This document shows, in pieces, positions 8,537-17,184 of a DNA stretch of 42,093 nt. Both the position numbers and the translations under genes were made by a program. The notes under the pieces were generated by a model. The model saw nothing but the letters and a program-made list of their open reading frames with translations, did not search any database and was not told the origin of the DNA. Source of the DNA: Spirochaetota bacterium (GTDB lineage: Bacteria; Spirochaetota; UBA4802; UBA5550). Position 1 is the stretch's first letter; every line of letters starts with the position of its first letter. The stretch lies in assembly GCA_050298055.1 (NCBI GenBank), contig JBNKTL010000045.1:1-42093 (forward strand), written 5' to 3'.

Positions 8537-11500
8537 ATGGAGAAGAAAATGAAAATCGAAAGAAACCGGATCCCCAAAATCGTATCTTTTGTACTTTTAT
8601 TTATAGTAACTGTTTTATTATCTTCCGGTTGCGATAATACTCAAAATTTTGAAGATGATCTGATACCGGATGAAGACGGGATGTCTGTTATTAAGCTCTA
8701 CCTGACGGACACTCCGGTCAAAAGACCTGAAGTGAGCAAGGTCTTTGTTCACATTAAATCCATTTTGGCTGAACATACGGAAAACGGGTGGTTGACAATA
8801 GCCGATTTTGGCGAACCGGGAAAGACCTATGATCTTATGGAATTGCAAAATGGAAAGAGAGCGGAACTGGGAGGCTTCCCCATTCCCTTTGGAAAATATA
8901 AAAAACTCAAAATGATTGTGGGTACTGAAAATGAAATAGAAGTTGACGAAGGTGACGGTCCCGTAATGCGTCCTTTGAAGACACATAAGAACCGGGAGCT
9001 GGAAGTCAAAATTGAACACACTTTTATTATTGCGGACAGCGGAGTACATGAGTTGACCTTTGATTTCGACGCAAAGAAATCGGTAATAATCATGAAAGGG
9101 ATGCTCTGTGAGATAATAGATTACTTTGATAATGTACTTGGAAAAATCAATAATAATCCGGATGCCAATGGACAGGGCAGAAAACATCCGGACAGATGTG
9201 ATGAAGGAACGAAGCATCACCAACATCGCCACCGCTGCGGCAGGGAAAAAGAAACATGTTACTTCCTGGAACCGCACATAAAAATTGTTGATTCTTTATC
9301 TTTGAGTATCTCAAAAGGAGTGCCGACCCTTACACTGCCGGATGGTGTTCCGGATGCGTTCATCATTAATAAATCAAATCTTTTGCCTCCTCCCCGGGTG
9401 AATTCAGAATATGTTCCCATTGGGAGTATTTATAATATTGAGCTGGATATAAACCGAATAGAGGGTCTGGATCCGGTCGAAGATAGTGGTGGGTCAGTCT
9501 TTTTCCCGGAGGGAACATTTGCCGAAATACATTACAGATATGATAAAACAAAACTGCAGGAAGCCGGACTGGCGGAGGATTTTATGGTATGGTACTATAA
9601 CGATGGAAGCTGGTACCCTGTAGAGAGAGTAGAGGTGGATACTGAAAATGGCGAGGTTATAGCATATACGAACCACTTTACTCCTTTTGTTCTCACTGCC
9701 ATGCCTGTGGGAACAGGAAGTGTTGCTGAACCACCGGCCTGTATTGTAAACGATTATCCTGCGGGTATAGGCGGAAGTGGAACTGCTGCCTTCACAGTGG
9801 TAGATGCCAATTTTAAATATTACCAGGACCGGAATTATACGATTATTCCCACTACAGACTTTTCGGATCTCGGGTTTGAGGGGGCCCTGGGAATTTCAAC
9901 CTGCAACGGCGGATCTCCCTGCGGGCCAGTGACGTCTCACAAGCAGTTCACCGGTACAAACTATATATCCTTTGTAACACAGCGTGATATAGATGTCTAT
10001 CTCATGTATGATTCCCGGGGAGGTGTGGACCGTTTCGATACCAGTGAAGACGCGCCCTGGATTGCCGGGGACGGGTTTGTCAATACGGGGAAGTTCATCG
10101 AGACAACTGACGCTGTTCATTATTATACAGTCTATAAAAAGTCTTATGCAGCCGGCGAAGTGGTTACTTTACACGGCAATCGTAACGGGATAACCGGTCC
10201 TACAGCTATTGATACCAATTACTGGCTCGTAGTAAAACCCCAGGGGGTTACGGCAACAGCGCCCGCAGGTTCCGTATGTACCATCCCGGATGAGAATCCC
10301 CCGGCACCGGTGGAGAATCTTACAGCTTTTTCCGGTCAGAACTCCATAATTCTTCAGTGGTCCAACCCGGTAGATAATGATTTTGCCGGTGTAGTCATTC
10401 GTCGTTCCTCGGTGAGTCCTCCCGCGCTTGTTTCGGAAGGGGAAGAACCTACCGGGGTGGTAGTCCATCCGGAGGTTTACCGTGATGAGGGATTGTCCCT
10501 GGGCACGACCTATTATTATACTGTTTTTGCCCTGGATAAAGACCAGAACATCAGTGCCGGTCGTACAATTGTCATGTCTACTGCCCTTGACCTGGACGGT
10601 GACGGCCTTTCCGATGTTTATGAAAACACAGTAACTTACGCAACCGGAAGCATGACTGATCACACAAATCCGGACACCGACGGTGACGGCATTGATGACG
10701 GTGTGGAAGTGGCCAACGGCACAGATCCCACCAATGGTGATGTCAGTGCGCCGGTTATAAGCGCTTTTACCCTTACAAGCGGTGACCCAACAACCTTCCC
10801 TATCATTGAATTTTCCCTTGAAGGAAATGATGATACGGGTATTACCGGCTGGCTCATAACAAAGACGGCGGATCCGCCACTGAGTACTTCCCTGGGCTGG
10901 CAGACTGCCAAACCCTCTGAAATGGAACTCTTCGCTTCAGGATCGTATAGCTTTTATGCCTGGGCCAGAGATGCCGCGGGAAATGTCAGTTCACCGGTAA
11001 CTCCTGTGTCAGTTACCCTGGAAGGTATCAATATCCCCAAGTTTGCCTATACCCTGAACCAGGGGTCCAGTATTATTGATATTTGCGGTATAGACAAAAG
11101 TACAGGAGAGCTCACCGATATTTCTTCTGTGGAGAATAGTTACACACCCAGGCAAATCCATATCCACCCCGGCGGTAGATGGGCTTATGTGGAAAACAGT
11201 AACACTATCAGAAAGTATGATATTAACAGCGCAACGGGAGAATTAATATATGTAAGTAATATTTCTCCGGATATTTCTCTTTCCGGGACCCGTATGGATT
11301 CATTGGGTGAATATTTCTATATCTATAATTCGCAAAAGATCAATATGTATAATATTAACAGTGTAAACGGTGAATTACAGTATATAAACCAGGTAAATTT
11401 GGGTGATAATGCCAGCATTGCGTCATTGTTTACAGTGCCAACCGATGATGGAGGTGTCCTGGTACCGGTTACCACGTCAACCCAGGTTTATGATCAGAAT

Positions 11501-13003
11501 CTGAAAGATCAATGCGTTGATAGTTGCTGTACGGACCAGACAATATTTGGCCCGGTAAATATGTGTGTTGCTACAATATACTGGTCATGGGAGCTGGCTC
11601 TCCTGCGATATCTTAACTGCAGGGATAATGTCTGTCCTTCCCAGGCTTACCGGACGGAATACAGTGATTATATGAGATTATATGACTTGATGCCTTTTTA
11701 CTCTCTGAAGGTAAATATCAATGCTCCGAGAATTCGGGGTTCCAGGGGGATTGTGTCTCCTTATGGAAATTTTGCCTACATGGTTAACAGTAATAGTAAT
11801 ACAATTTCAAGTTACAGTGTAGACCTTTCGGGAGGCGACTTGCAGCATATCGGGGACACTTCCATTGGAAGCAATCCTCTGGATTTTCAGATTGATCCCG
11901 AGCAGAAATATCTCTACCTGAATTATTCGGGCTTAAACATTATTTCCATCTATGCCATCGATCCGGGTACCGGCCAGCTGAGTCTTATCTCGGACCAGGC
12001 AGTGGATAATATTCCGGTATCTATCAGGCTGGACCCCACAGGACGAATCCTCTTTTCACTGGATGGCCAGGGGCAGACGATTGCCTCTTATCGTTTAAAT
12101 CCCGACGGGACGCTTCATCTTACCGACTACAGGTCAACAATCCGCCAACCGAAAAAAATGGCCATACTGGAGTATCACGGCGGAAATGATCCCCCTGTGG
12201 CAAGGATCACCACGTATAATAAAACCAGGTATTTTGACGGGAGCGACTTTAAGGAAACCTTTAAGCACTTTGTTCAGGCGGGTGAGGGTATCGAATTTAA
12301 TACTCACGGGAGTCTTGATCCTGACGCGGCACAGTGCGGTGCGGACCCCAATAACTATCACCACCATATTGAGCTTATAAGTAAGCCCGCCGCTTCGGCA
12401 ATGACCCAGGCGGACATAGATATCTGGGAAACAGCTATGGGAAGCCCGCCATACAAGATGATGTACTTTTACGCTCCGGGTAAAAGGGGGAGATTCACTC
12501 CCGATGTTCCGGGTGAATATGAATTCGAATACCGGTTTACGGACGATCCCGGAAGCTGTGACGATATTGCCAAAACTTCCAGTTCCCGGATCGTGATCAC
12601 TGCGGTGAACCAGATGAGAGATTCATCAAATTATCTATTAACAAGTGATCCTCCCGGTGCTGCACCGGCGGGCAACGCGGTTCTTGAATACGATTGGGAA
12701 AAATATTATGATCTGGAAGGTTCCGGATATTCCTATAATAGGATCTATAAATACAAAAAACGTAAGTATTATCGTGCGAGAGTCGATTCTCTGCATCATA
12801 AATGTTTTTTTTGGACTTGTGAAGATCATATTGATGCTGAATGTATTTCACCCTATGAAAACAGCGAGAAAAATGCTATTAATTACTGCCTGGAGTCTTT
12901 ACCCGATACTTTTAATAGTGGATTTTTACATTGGTCATATCGACATAATTATATCATCTGGACAAAAGAATATTATCACACGACCTGGTACTGGTGGGAA
13001 TAG
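8537..13003 (+). CDS. Large multidomain surface lipoprotein (DUF4382-like, ZU5/GPS-like, Fn3, DxDGDG Ca-binding repeats, Ig-like, lactonase-type beta-propeller, PKD-like, Cys/aromatic-rich tail)
   Basis: Lipobox LSSGC; LYLTDTP and ELTFDFDAKKS (DUF4382-like); TNHFTPF; YYYTVFALD (Fn3); DLDGDGLSD and DTDGDGIDDG; YAWARDAAGNVS (Ig-like); HPGGRWAYV and DPTGRILF propeller blades. Confidence 0.8.
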   Translation: MEKKMKIERNRIPKIVSFVLLFIVTVLLSSGCDNTQNFEDDLIPDEDGMSVIKLYLTDTPVKRPEVSKVFVHIKSILAEHTENGWLTIADFGEPGKTYDLMELQNGKRAELGGFPIPFGKYKKLKMIVGTENEIEVDEGDGPVMRPLKTHKNRELEVKIEHTFIIADSGVHELTFDFDAKKSVIIMKGMLCEIIDYFDNVLGKINNNPDANGQGRKHPDRCDEGTKHHQHRHRCGREKETCYFLEPHIKIVDSLSLSISKGVPTLTLPDGVPDAFIINKSNLLPPPRVNSEYVPIGSIYNIELDINRIEGLDPVEDSGGSVFFPEGTFAEIHYRYDKTKLQEAGLAEDFMVWYYNDGSWYPVERVEVDTENGEVIAYTNHFTPFVLTAMPVGTGSVAEPPACIVNDYPAGIGGSGTAAFTVVDANFKYYQDRNYTIIPTTDFSDLGFEGALGISTCNGGSPCGPVTSHKQFTGTNYISFVTQRDIDVYLMYDSRGGVDRFDTSEDAPWIAGDGFVNTGKFIETTDAVHYYTVYKKSYAAGEVVTLHGNRNGITGPTAIDTNYWLVVKPQGVTATAPAGSVCTIPDENPPAPVENLTAFSGQNSIILQWSNPVDNDFAGVVIRRSSVSPPALVSEGEEPTGVVVHPEVYRDEGLSLGTTYYYTVFALDKDQNISAGRTIVMSTALDLDGDGLSDVYENTVTYATGSMTDHTNPDTDGDGIDDGVEVANGTDPTNGDVSAPVISAFTLTSGDPTTFPIIEFSLEGNDDTGITGWLITKTADPPLSTSLGWQTAKPSEMELFASGSYSFYAWARDAAGNVSSPVTPVSVTLEGINIPKFAYTLNQGSSIIDICGIDKSTGELTDISSVENSYTPRQIHIHPGGRWAYVENSNTIRKYDINSATGELIYVSNISPDISLSGTRMDSLGEYFYIYNSQKINMYNINSVNGELQYINQVNLGDNASIASLFTVPTDDGGVLVPVTTSTQVYDQNLKDQCVDSCCTDQTIFGPVNMCVATIYWSWELALLRYLNCRDNVCPSQAYRTEYSDYMRLYDLMPFYSLKVNINAPRIRGSRGIVSPYGNFAYMVNSNSNTISSYSVDLSGGDLQHIGDTSIGSNPLDFQIDPEQKYLYLNYSGLNIISIYAIDPGTGQLSLISDQAVDNIPVSIRLDPTGRILFSLDGQGQTIASYRLNPDGTLHLTDYRSTIRQPKKMAILEYHGGNDPPVARITTYNKTRYFDGSDFKETFKHFVQAGEGIEFNTHGSLDPDAAQCGADPNNYHHHIELISKPAASAMTQADIDIWETAMGSPPYKMMYFYAPGKRGRFTPDVPGEYEFEYRFTDDPGSCDDIAKTSSSRIVITAVNQMRDSSNYLLTSDPPGAAPAGNAVLEYDWEKYYDLEGSGYSYNRIYKYKKRKYYRARVDSLHHKCFFWTCEDHIDAECISPYENSEKNAINYCLESLPDTFNSGFLHWSYRHNYIIWTKEYYHTTWYWWE

Positions 13004-13349
13004 ATGTACTTTGTTCTGCGTTATGATGAAGGTGAATTTCAAGCTGTGAAGATGCTTGACAGGCCGGAAATCCCGGGATATGAAAATATCGCCTTCGATA
13101 ATGGTACAAAATTGAATCAGCAAATCCCGGGAATTGAGTTCCGCATCCGGCCTGATCAGAGAGGCGAACTGCTTGATATTCTGCCTGCCGGTTTACCGGG
13201 ACGAAAGCAGAATTCAGGGAAAAAAGATATTCCGGCCGGAGAAACAGACCACCCTGGTTATTGTGGACGAAGATATAAAAATAAAACTGGATGCGGCAGG
13301 ACTAAAAGGAGTTAAGTTCCTGGATGCAAACGGGTATTCGACTTTTTAA
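13004..13349 (+). pseudogene. Imm11/DUF1629-like immunity protein remnant with internal deletion and frameshift near 13200
   Basis: Frame 1 (MYFVLRYD...GELLDILPAGLPG) continues in another frame as DESRIQGKKIFRPE..LVIVDEDIKIKLDAAGLKGVKF, which resembles the Imm11 C-terminus. Joined length is only ~115 aa. Confidence 0.6.
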
Positions 13350-14047
13350 CGAATATCTCCGAAAAGAGATGATGATTGTGGACTGATACTTTCGGCCTTA
13401 TATTTGTCCACATCAATATCTGCCAGGCGAGTGGGTTCGGGAATCCTGTACTTTTTTGTACAGCCAAGCATGATATATACCGAATCTTTGAATCCTGTCA
13501 AATGACCGGGGGAGACGAAAACCGGTTTTACCCTGTCACGTGTTCGAAGGACCGTGCCAATCTGCTGCCCTGAACTGCCGGTGAGAATGCTTGTTGAGCC
13601 CTTTGATTCAGCCGGTTCCTTATAAGTGCCGCAGAGCCTTGACTTCGCGCAGCCGATAGAGGGCAGCCCCAGGGAAAGGCCCATATGGGATGCGATTCCG
13701 AGCCTTCTGGGGTGGGCGACACCCTGGCCGTCAAAGATCAGAAGATCAGGTTCCGAATTGAGTTTCTTATATGTTGCCAGGATAAGGGGCCCTTCCCTGA
13801 ATGAAAGAAGTCCCGGGATATAGGGAAAATCCACTTTCCCGGATGATCTCGCAATTTCGATTACTTCAAGACCGGGGTAAGTGAGAACAATGATGGAGCA
13901 ATAACCGGTATCGGTTTTTTTATGGTAGGCAAGGTCTATGCCTGCAACACGTTGCGGTGTGGTTTTAAGTTCTCTTATGGCAACCTTATCCGCAAGCTGC
14001 CTCTGAAGTTCAATAGCTTCCGTGTATGTAAGGTCCCAGGTGTGCAT
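13346..14047 (-). CDS. nfi: Endonuclease V (deoxyinosine 3' endonuclease)
   Basis: AGIDLAY, FPYIPGLLSFRE, DGQGVAHPRRLGIASH, GCAKSRL and RIPEPTRLAD motifs. Confidence 0.96.
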   Translation of the reverse strand: MHTWDLTYTEAIELQRQLADKVAIRELKTTPQRVAGIDLAYHKKTDTGYCSIIVLTYPGLEVIEIARSSGKVDFPYIPGLLSFREGPLILATYKKLNSEPDLLIFDGQGVAHPRRLGIASHMGLSLGLPSIGCAKSRLCGTYKEPAESKGSTSILTGSSGQQIGTVLRTRDRVKPVFVSPGHLTGFKDSVYIMLGCTKKYRIPEPTRLADIDVDKYKAESISPQSSSLFGDIR

Positions 14048-14104
14048 TGTTTGTTGCCATAATTGTCCTTTTACTGCAAGTCTGTACCTGGGGTCCGGGA
14101 CCTG

Positions 14105-15214
14105 TTACTGTTCTGCAATAGCTTTGAGACGGTCATAAAAGGGACTCCGGTTATCTCCCGAGTCTCCCATTATCAGCATACTGCGGGCTATGAGCTTTAC
14201 TGCCCTGTGCTCAGGATTATTTTTGTGAAGATCTTCAATAAATTCCACGAACTTTTCAGCTGATTCCAGTGTTCTCTCTTCAGTGAGAGGCTGTCCCAGT
14301 CCCATGGCACGTTTTGCCACCTGAAGGTCAGGAAACCGTGTTCTGTTGTCACCCAGCATGGCATCAAAGACCCTGTTAACCATTTCCTGGATAGAGAGCA
14401 GTTCCTCCCAGTCTTCGTTTACGGCATTTTCATACATTGCGTGGTATGCATAGACCATGCAGGCCGCGGCACCTGATGTTGCGCCGCACTGGTTGGTCCC
14501 ATCAGAACGGATACCGGATTTTAATGCCCGGGCATAGTGGGAGTCCCAGCCCTGTACGATCTTTTTATCTTTAAAGGCACCTTCTTCGAGGTATTCCTGT
14601 GTACTGTCTTCAAAAAAAGGTTCGGTTACTTTGACTGCAACAATATATCGGGATGCCTCGTCTCCCAGGTAGTCAAGAAGAATAGCGGCTGCAGAAGCTT
14701 TTAAAGGAGCTCCATCAATTGTTGAGACGGAGTAAATTCCCATGGGAAGACCGGCTTCTGCTGAGGCTTCCGCAAGGGGGAGAATATTCCTGGCGACCTC
14801 CCGGTCATCTGCGGCAGGTTTAACGACGCTGCCTCTTCGTGTCCAGACCACGGAATATCCCCACTTCTTTAAGTCACCGATCAGTTCCCTGTTGAATTCA
14901 ACCGGGTCCTCAATGCGAATAAGTGCCTGTTTTATGGTTGAACCGAGTTCTGCTTTCCCGTAGACTTCCAGTGTTTCCCTGTGCTCATCAAGGTTCCTTT
15001 TGTGCCCCCACCCGGTTGATGCTGCAACAAGGACTCCCGGAGCACCGGCATTGGAAATTGCCCTTGCATACCTGACTGTTCCCTCAATATCCAGTTTTCT
15101 CCTGGGAAGGTCCCCGGTTGTGGGATCAAAGAGCGCCACTGTCCATGAAGGCATATTTCTTACAGGGTCAGAAACGATCATTTCTCTTATTTGTTGTGCT
15201 GCATTATTAAACAT
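14105..15214 (-). CDS. Divergent dihydrodipicolinate synthase/class I aldolase family protein
   Basis: LDIEGT..Y, GVLVAASTGWG (cf. GxTGE), GIYS and IVAVKVTE (candidate Schiff-base Lys). Confidence 0.6.
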   Translation of the reverse strand: MFNNAAQQIREMIVSDPVRNMPSWTVALFDPTTGDLPRRKLDIEGTVRYARAISNAGAPGVLVAASTGWGHKRNLDEHRETLEVYGKAELGSTIKQALIRIEDPVEFNRELIGDLKKWGYSVVWTRRGSVVKPAADDREVARNILPLAEASAEAGLPMGIYSVSTIDGAPLKASAAAILLDYLGDEASRYIVAVKVTEPFFEDSTQEYLEEGAFKDKKIVQGWDSHYARALKSGIRSDGTNQCGATSGAAACMVYAYHAMYENAVNEDWEELLSIQEMVNRVFDAMLGDNRTRFPDLQVAKRAMGLGQPLTEERTLESAEKFVEFIEDLHKNNPEHRAVKLIARSMLIMGDSGDNRSPFYDRLKAIAEQ

Positions 15215-15427
15215 TATTCTTAACCTGTAATAACTCTGTCAATCAATTGATGATATTCAGGGGACTTTGCTTAAGCAGGATGCTGAAAAAAGCAAAGATA
15301 TGATATTACAACGGATTTGACCATACACAGAAACTCCTGTCAATAAGAATTAATTTTTTTCACCGGTACTTTATCGTGATGCCTGTCCGGATAAATCAAC
15401 TATATGGTTAAAACAGACCTGTTTACT

Positions 15428-15508
15428 AAAATATCAACAATATGTCCACGCCGCCAGGGGCGGCGGGGACATATCAGTTCTCTTTTTTAATGAAAATGAT
15501 TGTTCATA
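15428..15508 (+). repeat. Dispersed ~80-bp structured repeat, copy A
   Basis: Shares AAAATATCAACAATATGT (18 bp) and TAATGAAAATGATTGTTCATA (21 bp) with 39962-40038, around a GC-rich hairpin ATATGTCC-A-CGCCGCC-AGG-GGCGGCG-G-GGACATAT. Confidence 0.85.
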
Positions 15509-15737
15509 TGTATAGCAGGGTCGTAACAATGCAAAAATCATTCTGAATATTATTGAAAAAAACTTGCTCCTGTTTTGAATTACTTGTAATATTATTCAGA
15601 TTTTATGTGAAAATTTACCGGGCAGAGAAGAAGTTTTTCTTAATTAATTCTGTAGTGTGGTTTTACAGGTATTGAAGTAAAAAGTCTTTGTTTTCAGAAA
15701 ATTTAAAGAAATTTTTAGAAGGGAGGACGAGAGAAAT

Positions 15738-15956
15738 ATGGCTGATTGTGAATTATTTAAAGGATGTATATTCTTTAATGACAAAATGCCCATAGAAAAG
15801 GGAATTGGGTCACTCTATAAAAAGAACTTTTGCCAGGGTGATAATTCATCCTGCGCCAGGTACATGGTTGCTGAAAAACTGAGCAGGGAAAAAGTCCCTC
15901 GGGACCTCTATCCTAATATGCAGGAAAGGGCAAATGAAATAATTGTTAAAGGATGA
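15738..15956 (+). CDS. Small four-Cys hypothetical protein, possibly metal-binding
   Basis: 72 aa; C-x5-C...C-x6-C spacing; GGGAGG RBS upstream; terminator downstream. Confidence 0.8.
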   Translation: MADCELFKGCIFFNDKMPIEKGIGSLYKKNFCQGDNSSCARYMVAEKLSREKVPRDLYPNMQERANEIIVKG

Positions 15957-15964
15957 ATATACAT

Positions 15965-16002
15965 AAAAAAAGCCGTCCCGGTTTTCCTGAGACGGCTTTT
16001 TT
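15965..16002. terminator. Bidirectional terminator between the small ORF and rpsI
   Basis: AAAAAAGCCGTC...GACGGCTTTTTT between convergent genes. Confidence 0.85.
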
Positions 16003-16023
16003 GACAGAAATTGTATAGAGTCC

Positions 16024-16413
16024 TTAACGTTTTGAAAACTGGAATTTCTTTCTGGCTTTTTTCTGACCCGGTTTTTTTCGCTCAACCTGTCTTGAATCCC
16101 TTGTGAGGAACCCGCCGTCACGGAGAGGCTTCCTGTTCTTCTCATCTAACTGGGTAAGACACCTGGCAATTCCCATCTTCATTGCCCCGGCCTGACCTGA
16201 CCAGCCGCCACCGGATACGTTTGCGCTTATATCATAATCGTCCACAACACCGATATATTCCAGCGGCTGCCTGACGATGAGCTCCAGGGTCTGTCTCCTG
16301 AAATATTCATTGATTGGCTGTTTATTGACTGTTATCTTACCTGTACCCGGTGTTATCCACACCCGTGCAACTGATGTTTTTCTTCTTCCTGTCGCATAAA
16401 TTCTGTCTGCCAT
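16024..16413 (-). CDS. rpsI: 30S ribosomal protein S9
   Basis: TGRRKTSVARV, GGGWSGQAGA, LTRDSRQVERKKPG, FQFSKR. Confidence 0.99.
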   Translation of the reverse strand: MADRIYATGRRKTSVARVWITPGTGKITVNKQPINEYFRRQTLELIVRQPLEYIGVVDDYDISANVSGGGWSGQAGAMKMGIARCLTQLDEKNRKPLRDGGFLTRDSRQVERKKPGQKKARKKFQFSKR

Positions 16414-16445
16414 TTATCTCTCCTGTTATAACTCCTGAAAATCCC

Positions 16446-16886
16446 TTAAATATCAAGTTTTTCCGGTTTCTGAGCGCCGTGGGGATGATCTATGCCCGCA
16501 TACACCTTCAGGTTCCCCATTATCTTTCTTCCCAGCCTGTTTTTGGGGACCATTCCTTTTACTGCATGGGTTATGATATATTCAGGCTTTTTCTCCATGA
16601 TTTTTTTTATACTTGTAAACTTCTCTCCGCCCGGATACTGCGAATGCGTAAAGTACTTTTTATCTTCTGATTTCAACCCGGTAAGGGAAATCTTTTCTGC
16701 GTTGATAACCACGACGTTATCACCCATATCCATATGAGGGGTAAATCCCGGTTTCTTTTTCCCTCTTAAAATGGAAGCAATTTCTGTTGCAAGACGGCCG
16801 AGAATCTTGCCTTCTGCATCTATGAGATACCACTTCTTCTCAATTTCAGATTCTTTAATGGAAAAGGTTTTCTGTATACTTCTCAT
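16446..16886 (-). CDS. rplM: 50S ribosomal protein L13
   Basis: WYLIDAEGKILGRLA, FTPHMDMGD, HPHGAQKP. ATG at 16886 chosen; GTG at 16889 is the alternative. Confidence 0.99.
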   Translation of the reverse strand: MRSIQKTFSIKESEIEKKWYLIDAEGKILGRLATEIASILRGKKKPGFTPHMDMGDNVVVINAEKISLTGLKSEDKKYFTHSQYPGGEKFTSIKKIMEKKPEYIITHAVKGMVPKNRLGRKIMGNLKVYAGIDHPHGAQKPEKLDI

Positions 16887-17184
16887 CACTGGTTCCTTGA
16901 TCTACCTGTATATAAATTTATATTAAAATTCAAATTTTTCTGACGGTTATTTTAAGAGTGTATACACTTATTAATGACCCTGTTTCTGTCAATAAAAAAT
17001 ATCCGGAATTCATTAATTAATGCCAACTAGCCAGATATTTATATGGCTGATGAGTAACAATTAATGAGTGATAATTGATTAATTGTTGACACCGGCTAAT
17101 TTATAAATTTTTAATTACATTATGAATTGCCCCGGTTTTAATCTGCATTTCATTGATTCCTGTGTTGAGGCGGCAGTGTAGTCC

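Noticed and set aside
12645..13049. 134-aa alternative + frame ORF over the lipoprotein tail
   Set aside because: It overlaps the main ORF in an AT-rich stretch, lacks an RBS and looks like an off-frame translation.
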